From Candidatus Kaiserbacteria bacterium (lineage in GTDB: Bacteria > Patescibacteriota > Minisyncoccia > Phycocordibacterales > Phycocordibacteraceae), in contig CAWEXP010000004.1 of assembly GCA_963813065.1 (NCBI GenBank), forward strand, positions 7,267 to 71,266: DNA of 64,000 nt, read 5' to 3'. The notes below the pieces were generated by a model. The model worked only from the letters and a program-made list of their open reading frames with translations, made no database searches and was not told the DNA's origin. Both the position numbers and the translations under genes were made by a program. Below, one piece after another: positions 55,265 to 64,000 of this stretch. The stretch's first letter is position 1, and each line of letters begins with the position of its first letter.

Positions 55265-55595
55265 CTAATGCAAGTAATTCGCATTTGCAAGACCGCAGTG
55301 CGCACAGATGAACTGGTGCTGATGTTTCCCCTCCGCGGCAAGCGCGTAGTGCATGTGCTGATGTCCGACATCCACACGCCGCACGATACCCGCCTCGGCC
55401 AGCGCTTCAATGGCACGATAGAGATTGGTGATATCAATGCGCGTGCCGAGCTTCTTCGCGAGCGAGTCGACTGACACCGGCTTCCCTATTTTCTCGAGCG
55501 CTCGAGCAGAGCCACGCGCCCGAAGGTCGCGCGGAATCCGGCCGCACGTAGCATTTTCGCGAATCGAATATCGTTGCTTAGACGTGTTTCCATGC
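55265..55595 (-). pseudogene. zur: Fur-family regulator (probably Zur, next to the ZIP transporter) split by a frameshift near 55480.
   Basis: N-terminal piece METRLSNDIRFAKMLRAAGFRATFGRVALLE. C-terminal piece SVDSLAKKLGTRIDITNLYRAIEALAEAGIVRRV...HQHQFICAHCG. Confidence 0.6.
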
Positions 55596-55704
55596 GTTCA
55601 TGGTATCGCAAACGCGATTGATTCGCAATTGCAAGCCCTGCCCTATCAGAGCCAGCCCTATGCCATCCGTACACGGATGGCCGGGCGATCGTGCAAAGCA
55701 TGAT

Positions 55705-56298
55705 TTAGCCGAGGGCAACGAGGCAAAAGATGACGATGAGTGTGCCGAGCACGGTACCGCCCCAGGCGAGCGCGAACCCTTCGGTCAGTGTTTCGACACG
55801 GAACTCGACCTCACGCATGCTACGACCTGCGGCGACAAATTCCCCATTTCCCACCGCGGCAAGCACCACCGCTTGGCGCACGCCTGGCTCGGGTTGCCAG
55901 GTGAAAAAGGTCTCGCCTGCGGGCGTCACGACCGGGACGCCGAGTGCCGCCGAAGGTCGCCACGTTTTAGTGTCGAAGACACCGGCTGGCAAATGCGGTG
56001 GCGCACCATTGAGCACGGCCGAGGATTCGAGCGGCGTACCATCAGCATCATAGACCGCAATCCAGGGTGCGAGACTGGTCGCGACATCAACCGGCACGAT
56101 GCCGCGCTGGACGAGCTCGGCGGGCACACCTCCCTGCGACAATTGTGTCGCACCGTCCTCAGCCATTTGGACCTGCGGGTCGTTGAGCGAGAGACGATAA
56201 TTCTGCTGGACGCCCCAGTACGCGAAGAGGAAGATACCAGACGTCGCCACGGCAATCGGTAACCAGACCGCAAAAGCACGTGCAAATGGTTTTTTCAT
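55705..56298 (-). CDS. Hypothetical membrane-anchored protein (N- and C-terminal TM).
   Basis: Start at MKKPFARAFAVWLPIAVA. Confidence 0.4.
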   Translation of the reverse strand: MKKPFARAFAVWLPIAVATSGIFLFAYWGVQQNYRLSLNDPQVQMAEDGATQLSQGGVPAELVQRGIVPVDVATSLAPWIAVYDADGTPLESSAVLNGAPPHLPAGVFDTKTWRPSAALGVPVVTPAGETFFTWQPEPGVRQAVVLAAVGNGEFVAAGRSMREVEFRVETLTEGFALAWGGTVLGTLIVIFCLVALG

Positions 56299-56357
56299 AT
56301 ACCCATGATAACGCTTGCCCGCCCGTAGCGGTTTCGCGGAGGCGGGCGCCACCGTGA

Positions 56358-57053
56358 TTATTTCAACAGAGGATCAATCGCGGCCTGGAAGGTCGCGTAA
56401 GGGTACGCGCCCGCGATCATCTGCGTGCCAATCACGAAGGACGGCGTTGCCGAGATGCCGAAGTTGGCCGCCTCAGCCTTGTCTGCGTTGATCGCTGTGT
56501 CGTAGGTTGCCTGATTCGCCGTGACATTCGCGGTCACCTTTTTCACGTCGATGCCACTCACCGAGCCCGTCACCTTAAGAACGAACGTGAGATTGTCGGC
56601 GGCACTCAAACTATTTTCTTGCGGCTCCTGCGAATAGAGCGCAGTGCGCCATGCGCCGAACTGCGCCGGATACAGCGCCCAGACCGCACGCGCGTACTCG
56701 GCATCAACCATCGAGTCCGGACCGAGGAATGCGAAATCTTTGAAGACGACTTTCACTTTTCCTGCCGTGACATAGTTCTGCACGATTTGGGGCAAAGTTT
56801 CGGTCTCGAATTTCTCGCAGTACGGGCACTGATAGTCGCTCCACTCGGCGATGGTCACCAGCGCGGTCGCCGAGCCGATGAAGGGCTCGCCGTCGGTCTT
56901 CACGTCTTTAACGTTCACGCTCGGTGCCGGAGGCGTTGTGCCGGTCCCCACGCCCACTTGTGCGGGGTGCGAGCCGTTCCAGAGCACCGCACCGCCGATA
57001 AAGAGCCCGGCAAGCACCACCGCCGCGGGCAAAAAATATTTATTGTTTTCCAT
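56358..57053 (-). CDS. DsbA-family thiol:disulfide oxidoreductase with an N-terminal TM anchor.
   Basis: CPYC active site within IAEWSDYQCPYCEKFE. The ORF-track upstream extension is not coding. Confidence 0.7.
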   Translation of the reverse strand: MENNKYFLPAAVVLAGLFIGGAVLWNGSHPAQVGVGTGTTPPAPSVNVKDVKTDGEPFIGSATALVTIAEWSDYQCPYCEKFETETLPQIVQNYVTAGKVKVVFKDFAFLGPDSMVDAEYARAVWALYPAQFGAWRTALYSQEPQENSLSAADNLTFVLKVTGSVSGIDVKKVTANVTANQATYDTAINADKAEAANFGISATPSFVIGTQMIAGAYPYATFQAAIDPLLK

Positions 57054-57101
57054 GCGCAGAATGATAGCATACGCGAGGAACGCACAACCGCGGAGATTCC
57101 T

Positions 57102-57590
57102 ATGAAAATCGCAGTCCTCGGTATCATTGTTGACCCGCGCAGTCGTGACGTCTTGCTCGCGGAGAAAAAAGATGTCGAAGAAATCGGCGCACGCATCGTT
57201 ACTGGTCCGGGTGGCAAAATTGAGCCGCCCGAGACGCCAGCGCAGTGCCTCGTCCGCGAGACGCGCGAGGAATGGGAGCTGGAGCTCGACCCGAACTCGA
57301 TACGCGAAGTCGCGCTGGTTGATTGTTATGCCGCCGGCATTCTCGACTTCCGTGTCCACGTCCTTGCGGCGCACATCGCGTCAGGCGTCCCGAGCGAGAC
57401 GCGCGTCTTCAAGAAACCGCGCTGGTATCCGCGCGATGCACTACCACTCGCCAAGATGTTCGAGGGCGATCGATACTGGTTCCCGCAGGCCGTGCACGGT
57501 GCACGCTTCCGCGCGAACGTGTACTATCTCGACCGTGCGAAGAATCTTGACCCGAATCGCAAACCAGAATTTTTCCCGCTCGAATCCTAA
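57102..57590 (+). CDS. NUDIX hydrolase.
   Basis: Nudix box GGKIEPPETPAQCLVRETREEWEL. GGAG SD. Confidence 0.8.
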   Translation: MKIAVLGIIVDPRSRDVLLAEKKDVEEIGARIVTGPGGKIEPPETPAQCLVRETREEWELELDPNSIREVALVDCYAAGILDFRVHVLAAHIASGVPSETRVFKKPRWYPRDALPLAKMFEGDRYWFPQAVHGARFRANVYYLDRAKNLDPNRKPEFFPLES

Positions 57591-58078
57591 CCCCTCTGCC
57601 ACTCGCCGCGCGTACCCGCGCGGCGTTTTTCTGTCATCTCGAGCTCTTCGTAGATGCCGTCAATCAGTTCGTAATCCTTCGCCTCGGCCAGCGTGATCCA
57701 GGCATACTGGTCGGTCTCGGCTTCTTGGAGGACGACATCCCCGCTCTCCCAATCCGCCATGCAGGAGATGACGAGCGAGGGTGCCGCGTCGTCGTGGATA
57801 GTCGCGAGACTCGTCACATATTCGATATTTTTTATTTCCAACCCTGTTTCCTCGCGCACCTCGCGACGGAGCGTTTTCTCCAACACGTTGTACCAGTAGC
57901 CAGACGTATCCTTCGGTGTGTTGGCGTAGTCCGCGGTCTCGAGCTTCCCGCCCGGGACCGTCCACATGAGGGGCCAGCGTTTCTTGTTCAGCGAGCGACG
58001 CGTAATCAAATATTTCCCGTCCTTCACGACAATCGCCGTGATTGCGACCTCGTGCAGATAGTGCGATGTGGTTTCCAT
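57587..58078 (-). CDS. NUDIX hydrolase (second copy, convergent).
   Basis: Nudix box GGKLETADYANTPKDTSGYWYNVLEKTLRREVREETGL. Confidence 0.8.
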   Translation of the reverse strand: METTSHYLHEVAITAIVVKDGKYLITRRSLNKKRWPLMWTVPGGKLETADYANTPKDTSGYWYNVLEKTLRREVREETGLEIKNIEYVTSLATIHDDAAPSLVISCMADWESGDVVLQEAETDQYAWITLAEAKDYELIDGIYEELEMTEKRRAGTRGEWQRG

Positions 58079-58158
58079 GCCCGACAGTATACGCTACCCT
58101 TGCCGCATTTCCACAATTGTGATTTAAAGAATGGAGAAGTTGTTTGGAAAGGGAAAAC

Positions 58159-58971
58159 ATGACACTTCCTATCGATCTGGTTCTCGTCCGCCATGGGCAG
58201 TCCGAGGGCAATGCACTGAAGCGGCGTTCCGAAGCGGGCGACCGCGAGGCATTTACGGAAGAATTCTTACGCAGGCACACGGCGAGTTGGCGTCTTACCA
58301 CGGCCGGTAGGCTCCAGGCATTTCAGGCGGGATCGTGGCTTAATAAAGAATTTTATGGTCACGGCATCACGTTCGATCGTCTCTATACCTCGAACTACTA
58401 TCGAGCCATGGAAACTGCCGCCGGGCTGAAACTGCCTGACGCCTCCTGGTATCAAGATTTCTACTTGACCGAACGTGATTGGGGCGATCTCGATAAATGC
58501 ACCGACGACGAGCGTCAAGAAAAATTTGGCGACGCGCTCAAACGGCGCGAAGACGAGCCTTTCTTCTGGCGGGCGCCGAACGGCGAACGCTTTGTCGAGC
58601 TCTGCCTTCGCGTTGATCGGCACTTGAGCACGCTCCACAATAGCTGTAGCGACAAACGAGTCTGTATTGTCTGCCACGGCGAGGTGATGCGCGCTTTCCA
58701 AGTGCGTATCGAACGCCTAAGCCAAGAACGGTTCCGCGAACTACATCTCTCGGAAAATTCAGATGATCGGATTCACAATTGTCAGATTATCCATTATTCG
58801 AGAAGAAATCCGAAGACGAAAGCTGTCGAGCCATACTGTAACTGGGTCCGCATGGTGCGCCCGACCGTGAGCCCCGCGTGGGACACGGGGTGGCGCCAAA
58901 TTACGCGCTCCCAGTATTCCAATGAAGACTTGCTGGCGATTGTCTCACAGGTCGAATCGATGGTGCGATGA
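58159..58971 (+). CDS. Histidine phosphatase superfamily protein (phosphoglycerate-mutase-like).
   Basis: LVLVRHGQSEGN RHG motif. Later CHGEVMRAF. Confidence 0.75.
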   Translation: MTLPIDLVLVRHGQSEGNALKRRSEAGDREAFTEEFLRRHTASWRLTTAGRLQAFQAGSWLNKEFYGHGITFDRLYTSNYYRAMETAAGLKLPDASWYQDFYLTERDWGDLDKCTDDERQEKFGDALKRREDEPFFWRAPNGERFVELCLRVDRHLSTLHNSCSDKRVCIVCHGEVMRAFQVRIERLSQERFRELHLSENSDDRIHNCQIIHYSRRNPKTKAVEPYCNWVRMVRPTVSPAWDTGWRQITRSQYSNEDLLAIVSQVESMVR

Positions 58972-59034
58972 ACTCGAGCCTGACGCATGTGCGTCGGGCT
59001 TTTTTATTACCAGATGACTCGTTATACTTACTCA

Positions 59035-59337
59035 ATGACTCCCTTTGCCGAGAAGGTGCGGGCGACGGTTGCGAAAATTCCAAAAGGAAAGGTCGCGACC
59101 TATGGGCAGATTGCACGGCTCGCGGGCCGGCCACGCGCCGCACGAGCCGTTGGCCAGCTGATGGCAAAAAATAAAGATACGAAGAAATGCCCCTGTCATC
59201 GTGTCGTGGGCGCGAATGGTGCCTTGGTCGGCTACGCCTTCGACGGCGTCTCGATGAAACGCAAAAAACTCATCGACGAAGGTGTCTCCTTCTCGGGTGC
59301 TCGCGTCAATTTGAAAGTATCGCTTTGGAAGAAATAG
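59035..59337 (+). CDS. MGMT-family methylated-DNA--protein-cysteine methyltransferase DNA-binding domain protein.
   Basis: GKVATYGQIARLAG...PCHRVVGANG active-site PCHR. Confidence 0.75.
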   Translation: MTPFAEKVRATVAKIPKGKVATYGQIARLAGRPRAARAVGQLMAKNKDTKKCPCHRVVGANGALVGYAFDGVSMKRKKLIDEGVSFSGARVNLKVSLWKK

Positions 59338-59351
59338 CGTATAGTGCGCCT

Positions 59352-60056
59352 ATGTCAATGCGCATCAACAAGTATCTCGCCCAGCAGGGCCACTCAACGC
59401 GCCGCGGCGCGGATGTGCTGATTGAGCAGAACAAGGTCTACGTCAACGGCGCGCTCGCCGTGCTCGGCCAGCAGGTCGAGGAAGGCGATGTCATCGAGGT
59501 CAAGCATGGGCGCGAGAAGCCCAAGGCCTACACCTACCTCGCCTACAACAAGCCCCGCGGCGTCATCACTCACTCGCCCCAGGGCGAGGAGGAAGATATT
59601 CGCGCGGCGCTCGCGGGCATCCCCGAGGCCAAGCATCTCTTCCCCGTCGGCCGCCTCGACAAGAATTCACACGGCCTGATGATTCTCACCAACGACGGCC
59701 GTATCACCGACCGTCTCCTCAATCCCGAGCACGACCACGAGAAAGAATATAAAGTGACGACGACCGAAAAGTTGCGCGACAGTTTCGCCGACCACATGAG
59801 CGCGGGCGTGGATATCGGCGACTATGTCACCAAGCCCGCCAAGGTCACGCGCGACGGTGACTACTCATTCCACATTGTGCTTGCTGAGGGCAAGAAGCAT
59901 CAGATTCGCCGCATGGTCGACGCGCTCCACAACGGCGTTGCCGACCTCGAACGCGTGCGGGTGATGAATATTAATTTGGGTAAACTGAAAGAAGGCTCCG
60001 TCCGCCGCATCGAGGGCGCTGAGCTTGCTACCTTTTTGAAAAGTTTGGGACTCTAA
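59352..60056 (+). CDS. rsuA: Pseudouridine synthase, RsuA/RluB family (S4 domain plus catalytic domain).
   Basis: MRINKYLAQQGHSTRRGA (S4). FPVGRLDKNSHGLMILTNDG. KKHQIRRM. Confidence 0.85.
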   Translation: MSMRINKYLAQQGHSTRRGADVLIEQNKVYVNGALAVLGQQVEEGDVIEVKHGREKPKAYTYLAYNKPRGVITHSPQGEEEDIRAALAGIPEAKHLFPVGRLDKNSHGLMILTNDGRITDRLLNPEHDHEKEYKVTTTEKLRDSFADHMSAGVDIGDYVTKPAKVTRDGDYSFHIVLAEGKKHQIRRMVDALHNGVADLERVRVMNINLGKLKEGSVRRIEGAELATFLKSLGL

Positions 60057-60953
60057 TTACGGCGCAACGACGGCCCACATATTCCCGACACCTTGCCCGA
60101 GCGTGTCGCCCGAGTTCACGTCATTCTTGAAGAAGTAGAGCGGATTGCCCTTGTAGGTCACCTGGAGCGAACCATCGGCGCGCAAAGCCGATCCCACCGC
60201 GCCCGGAATACCTGCCTGCACATTCGCGAGCGCACTCGTTGTGGCGACCAGATACGGCGGCCAATTGAGTGCGCACTGCTCGACGCAATCAGAGATCTGC
60301 GGCAAACCTTTGGTAATCATATAGATCGTCTTGCCGCTCGAGCCGATAAGGTAGGTGCCGAGTTTTTTGCTTGCGTCGGTACCGAGGAGCAAGTTCCCTC
60401 CTGCGTACATATTTGCGGGGATCTCGGCGAGCGTACCGTGCGTGACGTAGAGATATTTCGAAACGCCCGTCGAGGGCTGGGCGCTCATTGGTTCTCCGGC
60501 GGCGCGATCGGCATAATTGAAAACGGCTTCGCCATATTCGACCTGCGTCGCTTGCGGCGCGATGCGATCACCGAGCAAGATGGCATTGGTACCGATCGCA
60601 CCGCTCGTGGTCGCGAGTGCGACCACGGCATAGAAGAACGTGCCGCTCCCACCCGTGCTCTGCATGAGGATGAGTGCGGTATCGCTTAGGCCATCGCCAC
60701 TGAGGTCGCCGGTCGCCTCATTGCCGAAGACTTGCGTGATAATTTTTTCGGCTGAACCAGGCGCGGCAGGTGTCTCGGCCTGACCATTGACGAGCGTTAC
60801 GGGCTGACCATCAATGATGTAGGTCGTATTTTTATAATCAGTATGCACGACCTTCGGCGTGTGCGCCACGGGCGCGGGCGAGTGCCCGAGCCAATACCAA
60901 CCGCCAAGAGCGGCGAGGAGAATCACCGCCGCGGCGAACAAATAGTTCTTCAT
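60057..60953 (-). CDS. Secreted protein with COG4315-like tandem Y/F-x-x-D repeat domains at the C-terminus.
   Basis: Signal/TM MKNYLFAAAVILLAALG. C-terminal TIYMITKG...NWPPYL...LQVTYKGNPLYFFKND...GNMWAVVAP. Confidence 0.5.
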   Translation of the reverse strand: MKNYLFAAAVILLAALGGWYWLGHSPAPVAHTPKVVHTDYKNTTYIIDGQPVTLVNGQAETPAAPGSAEKIITQVFGNEATGDLSGDGLSDTALILMQSTGGSGTFFYAVVALATTSGAIGTNAILLGDRIAPQATQVEYGEAVFNYADRAAGEPMSAQPSTGVSKYLYVTHGTLAEIPANMYAGGNLLLGTDASKKLGTYLIGSSGKTIYMITKGLPQISDCVEQCALNWPPYLVATTSALANVQAGIPGAVGSALRADGSLQVTYKGNPLYFFKNDVNSGDTLGQGVGNMWAVVAP

Positions 60954-60955
60954 AA

Positions 60956-61357
60956 TTATTCCGTCGTCTTGCCGTCGAAGTGATCGTGCGATTCATCGGC
61001 CTCGGCATCGGCCTTCGTCTTGTGGATGGTGCCGTCGATATGATTCGGCGGCGCGTAGACCGTGTAGAGCTTCATCGGTTTATCGCTCGAGGTATTAATA
61101 ATATTGTGGAGCGTGCCTTGCGGGACGACAATCGCGAAACCATCTTTAATCTCGTGTTCGACGCCATTGAGAATGGCCTTCCCTTCTCCGGCCTCAACGC
61201 GAATAAATTGATCGAGCTGGTGCGTCTCGGCGCCGATTTCTTCAAGCGGCTTGAGACTCATCACCACGAGCTGGACATGCGTGTCGGTGTACAGCACTTT
61301 GCGGAAATACTCGTTTGCGAGCGACTCTGCTTCGATGTTTACGGTGTATCCTTTCAT
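60956..61357 (-). CDS. Cupin-domain protein.
   Basis: Start MKGYTVNIEA. Cupin-like H...E...H pattern HVQLVVM...GVEHEIKDG...PQGTLHNI. Confidence 0.55.
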   Translation of the reverse strand: MKGYTVNIEAESLANEYFRKVLYTDTHVQLVVMSLKPLEEIGAETHQLDQFIRVEAGEGKAILNGVEHEIKDGFAIVVPQGTLHNIINTSSDKPMKLYTVYAPPNHIDGTIHKTKADAEADESHDHFDGKTTE

Positions 61358-61398
61358 ACCGCAAGTATAGCACTCCCGCATCGGGACGCCGTCGGGTG

Positions 61399-62415
61399 CT
61401 AGGCGAGCGGATTGGGGCGGTCGAGCAAGAATGCCTCAGCGTTGTGGACAACCTTTACCATCGTCTCGAGCGCTTCGAGCGGATAATTGCCGCTCGCGGT
61501 CTCGTCTGAGAGCATGACCGCGTCACTGCCATCCCAGACGGCGTTCGCGACGTCCGAGACTTCGGCGCGCGTCGGGCGCGGGTGGTTCACCATCGAGATA
61601 AGCATTTGCGTCGCGGTAATGGTCCCCTTGCCGTACCACTGCGCGTGGCGGATGAGCCCTTTCTGTACGACGGGCAGAGTCTCAATGGGCACTTCGATGC
61701 CGAGGTCGCCGCGCGCAATCATGATGGCGTCGGAAGCGCGCGTGATTGAATTCATATGTTCGATGGCGAGCGCGGTCTCGATCTTGGCGACGATCTGTGC
61801 GCGATCGCCCACAATCTTGCGCAGATGATGCACGTCGTCGGCCGATTGAACGAAAGAAATTGCAATCATATCCACGCCCTGCTCGAGGCCGAACTGCGCA
61901 TCACGAATATCCTTCGCGGTCAGTCCGGAATTAGAAAGCTTGGTGCGCGGGACGTTGACGCCCTTGCGCGAGTGGAGGATGCCGCCGCGGATAACGCGTG
62001 CCTCGATGCGACTCCCCTCGACGCGCTCGGCGATGAGTTCCATCTCACCATTGGCCAGATAAATCGGGTCGCCCACTTCGATGTCGATATGCAGGCGCGC
62101 ATGGTCGATGAAGATGCCGCCTGTGTCAGATTTTTTCGTTGAAAAAGAAACGAGCTCATTCTCGACCAGCTTGATACCCTCCTTGGGCAAGTCGCCAACG
62201 CGAATGCGCGGGCCCTGGAGGTCCTGCAAAATGCGAACGGGGCGCCCGACCGTTTGCTCTGCAGAGCGGATGAGCGCAATCCACTCGGCGAAGCTCTCAT
62301 AGGTGCCGTGCGAAAAATTAAGTCGGGCGATGTCCATGCCCGCAGAGACGAAGGCCTCGATTTTTTCTTTCGAGGCCGAGGAAGGACCGATGGTTGCAAT
62401 TATTTTGGTACGCAT
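61399..62415 (-). CDS. pyk: Pyruvate kinase (338 aa; lacks the usual C-terminal regulatory domain).
   Basis: MRTKIIATIGPSS. K+/Mg site. MIARGDLGIE. MLSDETASGNYP. Confidence 0.9.
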   Translation of the reverse strand: MRTKIIATIGPSSASKEKIEAFVSAGMDIARLNFSHGTYESFAEWIALIRSAEQTVGRPVRILQDLQGPRIRVGDLPKEGIKLVENELVSFSTKKSDTGGIFIDHARLHIDIEVGDPIYLANGEMELIAERVEGSRIEARVIRGGILHSRKGVNVPRTKLSNSGLTAKDIRDAQFGLEQGVDMIAISFVQSADDVHHLRKIVGDRAQIVAKIETALAIEHMNSITRASDAIMIARGDLGIEVPIETLPVVQKGLIRHAQWYGKGTITATQMLISMVNHPRPTRAEVSDVANAVWDGSDAVMLSDETASGNYPLEALETMVKVVHNAEAFLLDRPNPLA

Positions 62416-62454
62416 ACTATGAACCTACCTGCTCGCGGCGCAGAAGTCAAAACT

Positions 62455-63960
62455 TTAATTTTCCAAATCGAGAATATCGTCGATGCGGACTTGCGCGACG
62501 AAGTCGGGGACGTGGCTGACGAGAATCATCGCGCCGCCGTACTCGCCGAGCGCGGTAGCGATGACCGGCAAGTGGCGGAAGTTGATGTGGTTGGTCGGCT
62601 CGTCGAGAATGAGGAGTCCGGGCCGCTCGAGCACGAGTGAGGCGAAGGCGACGAGCCCCTTCTGCCCTTCGCTCAAGCTCCCAATCTTGGTGAACATGGT
62701 CTCGCCCGTGAGCAAGAAGCCAGCGGCGATGGTGCGCATTTTTTGTTCGTCGGGTTGGCCCATCGCGTGCATCAGCGCCGCGTGGACCGTGCTCTCGAAG
62801 TCGAGTGTTGAGAAATCTTGGCGATAGTAGCCGACCTTGGTGCCCGGCGCGATGATCGCACCCTCTGCGGTGCCACGCGCGATGTGTTCGAGGAGCGTGC
62901 TCTTGCCGATGCCGTTGGGGCCTTTGAGCAAGAGGTGGCCGCCGCGACGGAGCTCGACGTGCGCCTTTTTGGTCTGCGGTTTTTTACCTTGCCTACCGGC
63001 GGGCAGGCCTTTTAATACGGTATAAGAATTGAGCGTCAAAATATTTCCGCCGATGCCTTCTTGCGCAGGAATCGTGAAGGGGCGGATGGTGCGATCCTCT
63101 TTGCGCACATCCACCTTGGCCTCTTCCATCTCCTCGACCTCGGTGCGCATCTTCTTGGCGACGAGACGCATCTTGCCACCCTTCTGCGCGAAGAAGTTCG
63201 CCTTGTCCTTGTTCTCTTGAATCTTCTTCGCGAGCTGAGCATTCTTCCGGTTCTCGCGCTCGATGCGCGCCGTGATGTCCGAAAGCACATTAGTGTAGTT
63301 ACCCTGATACTGCTCGACTTTTTGCGTGTAATTGTCGAGATAGAGCACGCCGGTGGTGAAGGCGTTGAGGAACGCGGCATCGTGCGAGATCACGATGCAG
63401 GTTTTGTCGTAGTCGATGAGGAACTGCGTGAGGTGCTCGATACCCGCCTTGTCGAGATTGTTCGTCGGCTCATCGAGCAAGAGGAGGTCCGGGTCCTGGA
63501 TAAGCGCCGAGGCGAGCAAGAACCGCGCCTGCTGGCCGCCGGAGAAGGAGCGCACGATGCGATCGTGCACTTTCTCGTGATGCTTCAATCCCGCTGCTTC
63601 GAGCACGGCGTCGATGCGGGGGTCGATGTCGTAGATTGGTGTATTAAAATAGCTGACGAAGAATGCGCGCACGGTCAACTCCATCTTCTCCCGTGGGATC
63701 ACCTGCGCCGCCGTCGCGACCGTGAGGCCGTGCCCCGTGAGAATCCTCCCCGACTCGGGCGCGAGCTGGCCCACCATGAGCGCGAAGAGGGTCGACTTGC
63801 CCGCGCCATTCTGCCCCATGATGGCGAGCTTCGATCCACGGCGCACGAGGAAATCGACCTCGTCGAGGATAGGTTTGTTCACGCCGTATTCGAACGAAAC
63901 TTTCTCGAAGCGCAGAACGCTCTCGTCGCGTGCCATCGGTGGAGTATTACTTCGCCTCAA
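62455..63960 (-). CDS. ABC-F family ATPase (two tandem ABC domains, no TM).
   Basis: Two Walker A sites GQNGAGKST and GPNGIGKST. Signature LSGGQQ/LSEGQK. Interdomain linker. Confidence 0.85.
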   Translation of the reverse strand: MRRSNTPPMARDESVLRFEKVSFEYGVNKPILDEVDFLVRRGSKLAIMGQNGAGKSTLFALMVGQLAPESGRILTGHGLTVATAAQVIPREKMELTVRAFFVSYFNTPIYDIDPRIDAVLEAAGLKHHEKVHDRIVRSFSGGQQARFLLASALIQDPDLLLLDEPTNNLDKAGIEHLTQFLIDYDKTCIVISHDAAFLNAFTTGVLYLDNYTQKVEQYQGNYTNVLSDITARIERENRKNAQLAKKIQENKDKANFFAQKGGKMRLVAKKMRTEVEEMEEAKVDVRKEDRTIRPFTIPAQEGIGGNILTLNSYTVLKGLPAGRQGKKPQTKKAHVELRRGGHLLLKGPNGIGKSTLLEHIARGTAEGAIIAPGTKVGYYRQDFSTLDFESTVHAALMHAMGQPDEQKMRTIAAGFLLTGETMFTKIGSLSEGQKGLVAFASLVLERPGLLILDEPTNHINFRHLPVIATALGEYGGAMILVSHVPDFVAQVRIDDILDLEN

Positions 63961-64000
63961 TTGCGGCGATGAGCTGGTCGAGTTTGCTGTTGAGCAGATC

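Noticed and set aside
56619-57590. 323 aa plus-strand ORF spanning the dsbA-like gene on the opposite strand
   Set aside because: Only the last 162 aa (from MKIAVLG at 57102, with SD) match NUDIX. The upstream part is antisense read-through.
1-64000. CRISPR arrays, rRNA genes, tmRNA and RNase P RNA
   Set aside because: No array of regularly spaced direct repeats was seen. No long non-coding stretch with rRNA-like conserved motifs was seen. All long intergenic gaps were inspected.

Overview
This 64 kb window is a gene-dense, roughly 58-60% GC bacterial chromosomal segment with mostly minus-strand genes. Several hallmarks point to a reduced-genome lineage, plausibly CPR/Patescibacteria (inference). 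These are a C-terminally short pyruvate kinase, a UvrC without the HhH tail, a sigma-70 region-4/HARE-HTH protein, a SWIB protein, a VirB4-like ATPase, and tRNA-rich intergenic regions. Housekeeping genes: leuS, ychF, ddl, uvrC, tgt, speH, tspO, pyk, an ABC-F ATPase, rsuA-like, two NUDIX hydrolases, MGMT, a DsbA-like protein, an FKBP, dedA, a ZIP transporter, a flotillin/SPFH protein, an HtrA-like protease, an aminotransferase and a PAP2 phosphatase. There are six tRNAs (Ala-GGC, Ala-CGC, Ala-UGC, Pro-GGG, Pro-CGG, Val-CAC) plus a partial tRNA-Ala copy that carries a 45 nt hairpin. Positions about 7.3-24.5 kb form a defense/mobile island. It contains a frameshifted large serine recombinase and an Xis gene. 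It also contains four tightly packed uncharacterised genes (264 aa, 276 aa, a TM protein, a Zn-ribbon protein). Next come a GmrSD-like DUF262/DUF1524 nuclease and RmuC. Then comes a complete type I R-M system: HsdM with an N-terminal Xis-like HTH, HsdS, and HsdR with an inserted carboxypeptidase-regulatory-like domain. The island ends with a translationally coupled four-gene cassette of small TM/Zn-ribbon proteins, phage-like remnants and an AT-rich DUF3800 gene. The most unusual observation is a family of short palindromic DNA units inserted in-frame in uvrA, uvrB and uvrC, plus a second palindrome type in uvrC. The core is GGACTTCGTAAGTCC, in pairs, encoding GLTKS-like peptide insertions. 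This is reminiscent of Rickettsia palindromic elements. Other notable signals: a conserved extended -10 motif TGGTATAATCCGC positioned for leaderless mRNAs, with upstream stop codons embedded in the -10. Frameshifts disrupt uvrA (four), uvrB, the serine recombinase (two), a C39-like peptidase, yibE/F and zur. There is tRNA-Pro debris between tRNA genes. A low-GC GIY-YIG gene is translationally coupled to ddl and abuts tRNA-Ala. No CRISPR array or rRNA was found.
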